Under the pieces are notes generated by a model. It saw only the letters and a list, made by a program, of their open reading frames with translations, ran no database searches and was not told where the DNA came from. A stretch of DNA of 64,000 nucleotides. It comes from Obrimoposthia wandeli (lineage: Eukaryota). Where the stretch lies: positions 1 through 64,000 of the forward strand of contig CDROCS010004396.1 in NCBI GenBank assembly GCA_977020255.1, written 5' to 3'. Positions 10,934-19,345 of the stretch are shown here, piece by piece (positions within the stretch are counted from its first letter, which is position 1; the number at the start of each line of letters is the position of its first letter). A program made the position numbers and the translations under genes.

Positions 10934-11719
10934 TGTATATACCTATTCCTTTTTATTTGTCGTCTATATCGATTTATTATGTACTGATCATCAAGTTAAA
11001 ACGCTCTTAAAGTGAGAATTATCACAAATCATCAACAGAGATCTGAATTATAATTTTTTATTAAAACTATTTTGTCTTAGAAAACAAATGCTTATTCATT
11101 ATACGTATTTAAAAACCATCGAATATTGTTATTACAGCTCATTACTGGCAACTAAGAAAACCATATATCAAAGGTATTTATTTAAAGCTAATTCGGTTTT
11201 ATAAAATATATTATGATGAAATCTTACACCATTAGAAGAATCATAACTTCTTACTGGAAAATATTCATCAATTGTTCATTAAATAGTTCAATTATTTAGT
11301 GATTTTTTTATAATACTATAAACATTCGCTTAGTAAATGAGTAAAGGTCACTACCTATTCTTCCACACATTTTGAACATTTACTTCCAGGTTCAACGATC
11401 CAAACTTCGCTTTGCAATAATATTTTTGCCTTTACCTAACGATTCATTGTTTGCGCTTAAACGGCTGTATGGCCTATTTAAAGCTTACGATAGATATGTG
11501 TAACATATACAACTTTTAATTTAGCAAAGGCTCCATTCAAAGTGATGCTAACTTTCTCCAAACATCCATATCCAGAAAGCATATATTAGTGACTTGGATA
11601 AATTAACTAAGAATAATTAACATAACCCAGTACAATAGCTGCTCTGTTTAATATACATATTTAGCCAATAATAGCTGGGATCTTACTGATCTTTATTACA
11701 CACAATCAATGGTATCTAA

Positions 11720-13135
11720 ATGCAATCAACTGTCAATTTTCAAAATCTACAAACCTTAGCTAAACAGGGCTTGTTTGAAACCATCGAAAATGCAGTTACT
11801 GGTGCCATTACTGTGAATATAAAGTCGGAAATAGTTTGGATAAATGATAATTATCTACGCTTTTTAGGTTTTAGTAGTACAGAGCAAGTGGTAGGGAGAA
11901 ATGTTTGGGATGTTATCGAAGGCAGTAAATTACCTTATATCATTAAAAGCGGAAAAACGATTTTGTTTGACCTGCTTGAATATGAAAAAGGCTGGGCAGC
12001 TGTCTCCCGATTCCCATTAAAAGATAGTGATGGTGTAATAATTGGCGCCTTTGGATTTTTGTTATTCGGTAATCTTGAAAATATCGAACCCGTCATAAGA
12101 AAAATAGCAAATTTAACAAAAGATCTTGCGAAAACTCAAAAAAAAATAAGCTACCAACGTGTTGTAAAATACAGTTTAAAAAATGTTATAGGCACCAGTG
12201 ATGCCATCACATCGGTAAAAAAGCAAGCAAGGCAAGCTGCTAGCTCTAAAGCTTCAATGATTATTTCTGGTGAAACCGGCACAGGTAAGGAACTTATCGC
12301 ACAAGCCATTCATTCATTATCAGCGAGAACCTCAGAAAAATTTGTAGCAATCAATGTTGCTGCCATACCCGAAAATTTGGTTGAGGTTGAATTTTTTGGG
12401 GCTGTTGGCGGCGCTTATACTGGTGTTAGCAAGCAAGGAAGAATGGGGAAAATGCAGCTTGCCAATGGAGGGACTTTATTTTTAGATGAAATAGCTGATA
12501 TGCCAATGAATGTGCAATCTAAAATGCTACGCGCCTTACAGGAAAGGGAAATTGAACCTGTTGGATCAAACAAAATTATCCCTATTGATATTAGAGTTAT
12601 CGCTGCAACTAGCGTTAATCTTGAAAAGTTAGTCGCTGAAGGTTCTTTTAGGGCTGATCTATATTATCGTTTAAATGTGATCCCAATCGAAATCCCGCCT
12701 TTAAGAAGGAGGTTAGATGATATTGACTTATTATGTGAAGCTATTTTAGATAGCATATCTGCTCAAGAAAATAGCACCCCCCGATTTATTAGTGATGCAG
12801 CCATCATGCATTTAAAGCATCATGATTGGCCTGGGAATGTTAGGGAGCTTAAAAATGTGCTCGAGAGAGCCTGTGCTATGAACGACAACACTATTATTAG
12901 AAAAGAAGATTTAGCTATAATCTTGGGTGCTCGAGAAAAAAAGGCAATAACAGTTATAGATGAACAAATTTCGCTTTCCAATTCACAGTCTTTAAGTGAC
13001 ATGGTCGCTCAGTACGAAGAAAAAATCATTACTGAAACACTTTTCAAATGCAACAACAATAAATCATTGACCGCTGATATGCTTGAAATACCAAGATCAT
13101 CGCTGTATGTGAAACTTAAAAGATATGGGCTTTAA
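11720..13135 (+). CDS. PAS-domain sigma54-dependent transcriptional activator (Fis-type HTH)
   Basis: GETGTGKE Walker A, GAYTGV loop, LFLDEI Walker B, FRADLYYRLNV, WPGNVREL, C-terminal HTH. Confidence 0.93.
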   Translation: MQSTVNFQNLQTLAKQGLFETIENAVTGAITVNIKSEIVWINDNYLRFLGFSSTEQVVGRNVWDVIEGSKLPYIIKSGKTILFDLLEYEKGWAAVSRFPLKDSDGVIIGAFGFLLFGNLENIEPVIRKIANLTKDLAKTQKKISYQRVVKYSLKNVIGTSDAITSVKKQARQAASSKASMIISGETGTGKELIAQAIHSLSARTSEKFVAINVAAIPENLVEVEFFGAVGGAYTGVSKQGRMGKMQLANGGTLFLDEIADMPMNVQSKMLRALQEREIEPVGSNKIIPIDIRVIAATSVNLEKLVAEGSFRADLYYRLNVIPIEIPPLRRRLDDIDLLCEAILDSISAQENSTPRFISDAAIMHLKHHDWPGNVRELKNVLERACAMNDNTIIRKEDLAIILGAREKKAITVIDEQISLSNSQSLSDMVAQYEEKIITETLFKCNNNKSLTADMLEIPRSSLYVKLKRYGL

Positions 13136-13191
13136 AGTTTTAATTTAAAACGATGAAACCCATTTTTTTAAGAGAACGATAATAATCATTG

Positions 13192-13360
13192 CCTAGCAGC
13201 CTGTCGGGCTTAACACTAATCTACTGCGAAAAACCAGAATTTGGCCATATTTCCTGTTCTTTCTCGTTAAATAGCTCGCTATTCGCCTCAAAAGACCAAG
13301 AAACCTATCTCAAATCTACTTTTTCTCGCTACGATCAGCAAAGCCCGACAGACTGCTAGG
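13192..13360. mobile_element. MITE-like non-autonomous element (169 bp)
   Basis: 20-bp terminal inverted repeat CCTAGCAGCCTGTCGGGCTT / AAGCCCGACAGACTGCTAGG with 1 mismatch; CTAG at both ends; no internal ORF. Confidence 0.72.
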
Positions 13361-13383
13361 GTATATTTGATCTATTAAGGTAT

Positions 13384-14994
13384 TTACCTAGGCAGTTGTT
13401 TTCTAATGATTTTACCTGTTGTGGTCATTGGTAGCTCATCAATGAACTCAATTTCTCTTGGATATTCATGAGCAGATAACTTCGTTTTCACAAAATCCAT
13501 TATTTCAAGCTTTAGCGCTTGGGAGGGTTGGAATTTCTCATTTAATATCACAAATGCTTTTACGATTTCTGTTCTGGTAGCATCGGGCTTGCCGATCACC
13601 GCTGACATTTTAATCGACTCATGCATAAGTAGGCAGTCTTCTATTTCCCCAGGCCCAATTCTATAACCAGAACTGGTAATAACATCATCATCACGGGCAA
13701 AAAATTTAATAAACCCCGCTTCATTTTTAGACCCGCAATCTCCCGTAACCAGCCAATTACCAATATATTTTTTGATTGATTCATTATTGTTTTTCCAATA
13801 ATAAAGAAACTTTGAGGGACTATCGTTATAAACTGCAATATTTCCGATTTGATTGGCGGGTAAAATATTGCCTGAATCATCTATAATTTCAACTGTGTGC
13901 CCAGGTACTGCTTTTCCCATATACCCTGCTGGGGTATGCATGATTTCAGAGCAAGATGAGATAACCATATTGCATTCCGTTTGCCCATAGAATTCATTGA
14001 TCGTTAGATCAAAGGTATCTTTTCCCCACTGGTGTAACGATTCCCCTAAACTTTCTCCGCCACTAGCGATGGTTCGCACCGCAAATTTCCAGCGTGCTTG
14101 GGGGTCTTCGACGGTTGATAGCATCTTAATAGCAGTAGGGGGCAGAAAAATATTCTTTATCGATAGTTCTGAAATAAGCTCAAACACTTTTTCAGGTATA
14201 AACTTTCTAAAGCGATGACAAACAACGGGAACACCATGATGCAGAGCAGGCATAAGTACATCGTATAAGCCGCCAATCCACGCCCAGTCTGCAGGTGTCC
14301 AGATGAGATCATCCTCTTGCGGGAAAAAATTGTGAGACATTTCAACCCCAGGAAGATGTCCCAAAAGTACTTTATGACAATGTAGCGCTCCTTTTGGTTG
14401 CCCAGTAGTTCCTGAAGTATAAATTATAACAGCAGGAGTCTCTAAGGTTGTTTTAACGGGAGTAAATTCAGTGCTTTTACCTTCCAGGCGTTGATAAAGA
14501 GATTCACAGCCGTCTTCATCGCCATCTATGCAGTAGATTTTTTCTAAGTCGGGTAGCTCATTAAGCATGCTTGTTATTTTTCGAGCGCTTTCTCGATTGG
14601 TAATAACAAACTTGGCGCCACTATTTTGCAACCTAAACTTAATTGCTTGTTCGCCAAAAAGAGCAAACAAAGGTATAGCAATGCCTCCTAGTTTATAAGT
14701 GGCGATATGACCAAATGCGACTTCAGGAGATTGAGGTAATAAGATGGCAACAGCATCCCCACAGATAAAACCATCGTCTATCAACATGTTACAAATTGCA
14801 TTAGATTGCTGGTATAAATCAGCAAAACTGTAGTTCTTCACAGAGCCATCTTCTAGTTTGTGGATGATGGCTAATTTTTCAGGGGATTTGTAATACCATT
14901 TATCACATACGTCAACACCGATATTATATTCATGCGGGAAGACCGCCTGAAAAGAGTCGTACAGTTGCTGATAATTTTTGTTATGAATTAGCAT
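13384..14994 (-). CDS. AMP-forming acyl-CoA synthetase (short/medium-chain, ACSM-like)
   Basis: YTSGTTGQPKG, FYGQTECN, TGD, RDDDVITSSGYRIGPGEIE, LPMTTTGKI. Confidence 0.92.
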   Translation of the reverse strand: MLIHNKNYQQLYDSFQAVFPHEYNIGVDVCDKWYYKSPEKLAIIHKLEDGSVKNYSFADLYQQSNAICNMLIDDGFICGDAVAILLPQSPEVAFGHIATYKLGGIAIPLFALFGEQAIKFRLQNSGAKFVITNRESARKITSMLNELPDLEKIYCIDGDEDGCESLYQRLEGKSTEFTPVKTTLETPAVIIYTSGTTGQPKGALHCHKVLLGHLPGVEMSHNFFPQEDDLIWTPADWAWIGGLYDVLMPALHHGVPVVCHRFRKFIPEKVFELISELSIKNIFLPPTAIKMLSTVEDPQARWKFAVRTIASGGESLGESLHQWGKDTFDLTINEFYGQTECNMVISSCSEIMHTPAGYMGKAVPGHTVEIIDDSGNILPANQIGNIAVYNDSPSKFLYYWKNNNESIKKYIGNWLVTGDCGSKNEAGFIKFFARDDDVITSSGYRIGPGEIEDCLLMHESIKMSAVIGKPDATRTEIVKAFVILNEKFQPSQALKLEIMDFVKTKLSAHEYPREIEFIDELPMTTTGKIIRKQLPR

Positions 14995-15160
14995 TTTAGC
15001 AGTAGCCTTTTTTAATAATCGCGATTTTCTAGTTAAGTCGAATAGCTAGATATTCATATATAGCTTTATGTTGAGTGCTTTTTGCTCATTATAAATAGCG
15101 CCGAGCAGTGTTCGTTATGTAATTGAAATGTACTATCCAATATTTTTATATTTCTATAAG

Positions 15161-15176
15161 AGCAATTAGTGGGCCA
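15161..15176 (-). promoter_or_regulatory. Sigma54 (-24/-12) promoter of the acyl-CoA synthetase
   Basis: Minus strand reads TGGCCC-ACTAA-TTGCT, matching TGGCAC-N5-TTGC with correct GG/GC spacing; a bEBP gene is adjacent. Confidence 0.72.
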
Positions 15177-15257
15177 ATAAAATCACTTTCTATTCATAAC
15201 TAAAATAGCTGATATCGGCTATAAATGTTCAAACTAATGATAGATCTGTATCGATGC

Positions 15258-15295
15258 GTCCATTAACTAGACAGTAATTCTAGAATCTGGACAGT
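15258..15295. promoter_or_regulatory. Candidate tandem upstream activator sites for the bEBP
   Basis: GTCCA-N5-TAGAC and TTCTA-N5-TGGAC, 20 bp apart, roughly 80-120 bp upstream of the -24 element. Confidence 0.4.
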
Positions 15296-15331
15296 TATTA
15301 ATAACGATAGTCAACCATGGCTGAAATGGTA

Positions 15332-15928
15332 TTAGTGATTTAAATTATTGCGCATTTGTTGGCGAATCCAGAGAATTCGTTTTTTAATATAACGGCTAGG
15401 AGGATGAGCTGAGTATTTAATAGGATTAGGTAAGATAGCTGCGATTGCGGATGCCTGGTTATATGTCAATTGAGATGCAGATCTGTTGAACCAATGTTTG
15501 GCAGCAGCTTGAACTCCAAAAACACCATTTCCCATTTCGATACTATTGAGGTACACCTCTAAAATTCGCTCTTTACTCCAAAGTATTTCAATTAAAAGTG
15601 TAAACCAGACTTCTAAGCTCTTTCTAACCCAGCTGCGCTGTGGCCATAAAAAAACATTCTTAGCGCATTGCTGAGAAATAGTACTACCGCCTCTTAAAGG
15701 CTTTCCATGACTGTAATCAGATATTGCAGTTTTAATCGCTTGGAAATCAAACCCTGAGTGTTTAAAAAACTGTTGATCCTCAGCGCTAACTACTGCTTGG
15801 CGCATGCCTCTGGTGATTTCAGTCATAGGAACCCATTGATGTTCAATGCGTGTTAATTCCTTTTTTTCAACATAGCGAATCGCCATAAGAGGGGTGTATT
15901 CAACCGCAGCGAATTTATAGATAAACAC
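15332..15928 (-). CDS. mtgA: Monofunctional peptidoglycan transglycosylase (start uncertain; frame open to 15988)
   Basis: AVVSAEDQQF..HSGFD, RGGSTISQQCAKNVFLW, RKSLE, YLNSIEMG, AAILPNP. Confidence 0.88.
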   Translation of the reverse strand: MFIYKFAAVEYTPLMAIRYVEKKELTRIEHQWVPMTEITRGMRQAVVSAEDQQFFKHSGFDFQAIKTAISDYSHGKPLRGGSTISQQCAKNVFLWPQRSWVRKSLEVWFTLLIEILWSKERILEVYLNSIEMGNGVFGVQAAAKHWFNRSASQLTYNQASAIAAILPNPIKYSAHPPSRYIKKRILWIRQQMRNNLNH

Positions 15929-16141
15929 CCAAGATACGCTGAAGAGTATCCAGACAATGAGTATTTTTGATAAAAAAGAAGATACAGGTTAATTTAAACA
16001 GCCACAAGCATTATCTGAAAAAATCAAACTATGTACTATCACTATAATAACCGGACAGCAATAAAGAATTACGAAACCTGGGTAAACAATTTCAAACCTT
16101 TACAAGACTGTGCTCGGTATTGAGTGTTAAAATCTAGTTTA

Positions 16142-16579
16142 TTAATCACAAATGGATCCATCAAAGCTATCGTGTTTAGGCAAATCATCATTTAGCAGAT
16201 AATAATCGCCTTTGTCTTGTACATAAATATGCTCAACAATATTTAAACCGGTAGGTTGATCTAGTGTACCGGCAAAAATGGATATGGAGTCACTGTTTAA
16301 CGCCTTCCAAAACAAATTCGACCCACACGAACCACAAAAACCACGTTTAGCAAAACTAGATGAATGATACCACTTTAAACTATCTGAGCTTAGGAAAGTT
16401 AAATCTTGCTGGGCCACATTAGTCGCCGCTACATGAAAACCTGATGTTTTCTGACATTGACGACAATGACACGCAACCACAGGCCTTAAGGGAGCATTTA
16501 CTTGATACCTAACTGCTTCACATAAACACCCACCTAAATGCTTTTCAATATTTATCATTATAACCACTCTTTTACTCAA
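16142..16579 (-). CDS. GFA/CENP-V family zinc-binding protein
   Basis: GGCLC..V.Y, CHCRQCQK and RGFCGSCGSNLF motifs. Confidence 0.88.
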   Translation of the reverse strand: MSKRVVIMINIEKHLGGCLCEAVRYQVNAPLRPVVACHCRQCQKTSGFHVAATNVAQQDLTFLSSDSLKWYHSSSFAKRGFCGSCGSNLFWKALNSDSISIFAGTLDQPTGLNIVEHIYVQDKGDYYLLNDDLPKHDSFDGSICD

Positions 16580-16745
16580 AAAATAATGATGCGATAAACA
16601 GCCTACGATATCAAATGGAAAATGACCTGCTGTCGTTAAGAGGCAGCTTAACTATCAGAATTGATTTGATTTTGTGCTACTATGATATGAATCATTAAGA
16701 TTGATAAACGCTCTATTTAATAGATTAGCATTTAAAGGATTATAT

Positions 16746-17534
16746 ATGAAATGTCATGAAGTCGATTACGAAATCATTGGTCACGATATTCAATTAGTAG
16801 AAATAGAATTAGACCCAAATGAAACGGTAATTGCTGAAGCTGGCGCCATGAATTATATGGAGCAGGATATTAGTTTTGAAACTAAAATGGGGGATGGATC
16901 AACACCCGATGAAGGGGTTATGTCAAAATTGTTTTCAGCGGCAAAACGCAAGCTAACGGGGGAATCAATATTTACTACCCACTTTAGTAACCAAGGATCA
17001 AGCAAACAGCGAGTAGCATTTTCAGCGCCATACCCTGGCTGCATTGTGCCGTTAGATATGAACCTGTTAGGCTCTAAAATCACCTGCCAGAAAGACGCAT
17101 TTTTAGCCGCAGCACTGGGCACAAAGGTGTCGATCACGTTTAATCGTAAATTAGGTGCTGGATTCTTTGGAGGTGAAGGGTTTATCTTACAAACCTTAGA
17201 AGGCGATGGCATGGCATTTATACATGCAGGCGGTACTTTGATTAAAAAAGAGCTTAAGGGTGAGACGTTACGTGTTGATACCGGCTGCTTAGTGGCGTTT
17301 ACTTCAGGTATTGAATACGACATTGAAAGATCCGGAGGGTTAAAATCAATGGTGTTCGGTGGAGAGGGCATGTTCCTAGCAACTTTATCGGGCCACGGTA
17401 CTGTTTGGCTACAAAGTATGCCTTTTTCACGTCTCGCTGATCGCATTTTTCAAAGTGCGGCTGGTCATGGTGGAAACAGCAAAGGGGAAGGCTCAACTTT
17501 AGGCGGTTTGGGTCGTATCTTAGACGGCGACTAA
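16746..17534 (+). CDS. TIGR00266/AIM24 family protein
   Basis: [54 protein letters not shown]; AAAGGA RBS before ATG 16746. Confidence 0.88.
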   Translation: MKCHEVDYEIIGHDIQLVEIELDPNETVIAEAGAMNYMEQDISFETKMGDGSTPDEGVMSKLFSAAKRKLTGESIFTTHFSNQGSSKQRVAFSAPYPGCIVPLDMNLLGSKITCQKDAFLAAALGTKVSITFNRKLGAGFFGGEGFILQTLEGDGMAFIHAGGTLIKKELKGETLRVDTGCLVAFTSGIEYDIERSGGLKSMVFGGEGMFLATLSGHGTVWLQSMPFSRLADRIFQSAAGHGGNSKGEGSTLGGLGRILDGD

Positions 17535-17565
17535 TATATAGAGATCACCTAAATTTATTGCATAG

Positions 17566-17590
17566 AAGAAATTGCACGTCAATTTCTTTT
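17566..17590 (+). terminator. Probable terminator
   Basis: AAGAAATTG-cacgt-CAATTTCTT followed by TT. Confidence 0.55.
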
Positions 17591-17776
17591 ATGTATCCTA
17601 AACCATACATATAGTTCAATATATCAAACAGTACTGCTTGTTATCTAACCATTGTCGTATATAAATCCCAATCTCTTTTGCGTTTTTCACTAATAAGTCA
17701 TATTGTTTTCAATCAAGCACCATAGAAGTTTAGATCTAAGCTATTATTAATGTAGTAATGCTAACTAAGGATTAGC

Positions 17777-19345
17777 TTGCTAGATATATCTTCAACAGAT
17801 GCTATATTGACAACAACGCAGGAGTCCAACTTGATTATTGACAACCTAACGGCATTGCGCCGACGATATAGTAAAAACAGCATTAAAATAGTTAACATTA
17901 TTATGATTTCTCTTTTTTCATGCTCATTAGCTGCAAATACGACAATAGTGTATACCTCAAACCAGCCAGATATTTTGCTAGAAAAAGAAGTGGCGCATTT
18001 TCCACAATTAGGCTCTTTACTAGAAAAGATAAGAGCTAATCAAAATAAAAACACCTTGTTTCTACACGGTGGAGATAGTTTTTCACCAAGCGCTATATCG
18101 CTGTTTGATAAGGCACGTAATATTATATCTTTAGCCAATATTATGGATGTGTCTCTTTACTCGGTCGGTAAAAGAGAGCTTAGTTATGATGTAGATGTTC
18201 TATCATTAAGGGCACATGATGCTCAGTTTCCAATCGTTAGTAGTAATATGACGGATGCACGTAGCAATACACCAATCGAGGGCTTATTCTCCGATTATCA
18301 ATTCAATATTGAAGGAAAATCAATTTCAGTAGCTTCTATTATTAGCCCTAGAACGTTAATAACTTATGCTCCAAAGTTTGCTCAAATCGAAAACCTTGAT
18401 AGTGTTTTAAAAAAAATTGTAGTCACGCAAGCCTCATCCGATATGAAAATCCTGATGACCGATCTAAAAAAGGAAGCGGCGGTAGCAATAGCGGATAAAT
18501 ACAGGTTTGATTTAATACTGGTTGCTATTGACGGTAAGGATGAAATTATCATCAAAAATGAAACAACTATTGTACTAGGTGGTGGCCAAGACGGTGATGC
18601 TGTTGTCATTGAGATAGATTATAGTGCAGCACAGAAAATATCTGCCCGCATTGAGCAGCTTAATGAATACCCTGCTAATGCTGAAATAGTAAGCTTTATT
18701 AAAAAGTATCAATTGCGCTTAGGTAGTTTATACAACGAGGAAATAGCTACGGCTGAAGATAAATTCACGACAGAAAAAAAACAGATCAGAACAAGAGAAA
18801 CCGCATTGGCAAACGTATTTGTAGATGCACTACATGAGCATGCAAATGCTGACATAGCCATTTTAAACAGCGGATCAATACGCAACTCTGCTATTTATCC
18901 TGTAGGTTACAAATTTACCCGTGGAGACATTCAACGAGAATTTCCTTTCGGCGGCTTTTATGTCGTAATAGAAATATCCGGAATAGAATTACTACAAATG
19001 ATGGAAAATTCAGTCAGTAGAATAGAGCATATTGATGGCCGGTTTCTCAATATTGCTGGCATGAAGGCTGTATACGATTCCTCAGCGCCTGTAGGTAGTC
19101 GATTAAAATCTCTAAATATTGCAGGAAAACCGGTAGTGAAAGACAAAATTTATACATTGGCGCTGCAAGATTTTTACTTAAAGGGAGGAGACGACTACCA
19201 TATGCTTAAAAACAAGGAGCCAGTCAATAATTTATTTAACAAAGGTAGAATTTGGAATATTGTTTCCGATTATTTTTCAACACATCAAACAATTCGAAAG
19301 CCCGCTATGAATAGAATGGTAGATCAGGCAAACGATGAGAACTAA
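17777..19345 (+). CDS. Exported 5'-nucleotidase-fold protein with degenerate metallophosphatase active site (start probably near 17855)
   Basis: GGDSFSPS, FPIVSSN, NSGSIR, FPFGG and DFYLKGGDDY match the UshA/CpdB fold; DxH, GNHE and GGHxH motifs are replaced; signal-like N-terminus. Confidence 0.85.
   Translation: MLDISSTDAILTTTQESNLIIDNLTALRRRYSKNSIKIVNIIMISLFSCSLAANTTIVYTSNQPDILLEKEVAHFPQLGSLLEKIRANQNKNTLFLHGGDSFSPSAISLFDKARNIISLANIMDVSLYSVGKRELSYDVDVLSLRAHDAQFPIVSSNMTDARSNTPIEGLFSDYQFNIEGKSISVASIISPRTLITYAPKFAQIENLDSVLKKIVVTQASSDMKILMTDLKKEAAVAIADKYRFDLILVAIDGKDEIIIKNETTIVLGGGQDGDAVVIEIDYSAAQKISARIEQLNEYPANAEIVSFIKKYQLRLGSLYNEEIATAEDKFTTEKKQIRTRETALANVFVDALHEHANADIAILNSGSIRNSAIYPVGYKFTRGDIQREFPFGGFYVVIEISGIELLQMMENSVSRIEHIDGRFLNIAGMKAVYDSSAPVGSRLKSLNIAGKPVVKDKIYTLALQDFYLKGGDDYHMLKNKEPVNNLFNKGRIWNIVSDYFSTHQTIRKPAMNRMVDQANDEN

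Noticed and set aside
11300-11430. Short minus-strand peptide fragment EVWIVEPGSKCSKC
   Set aside because: It is interrupted by a stop and too short to assign to a family.
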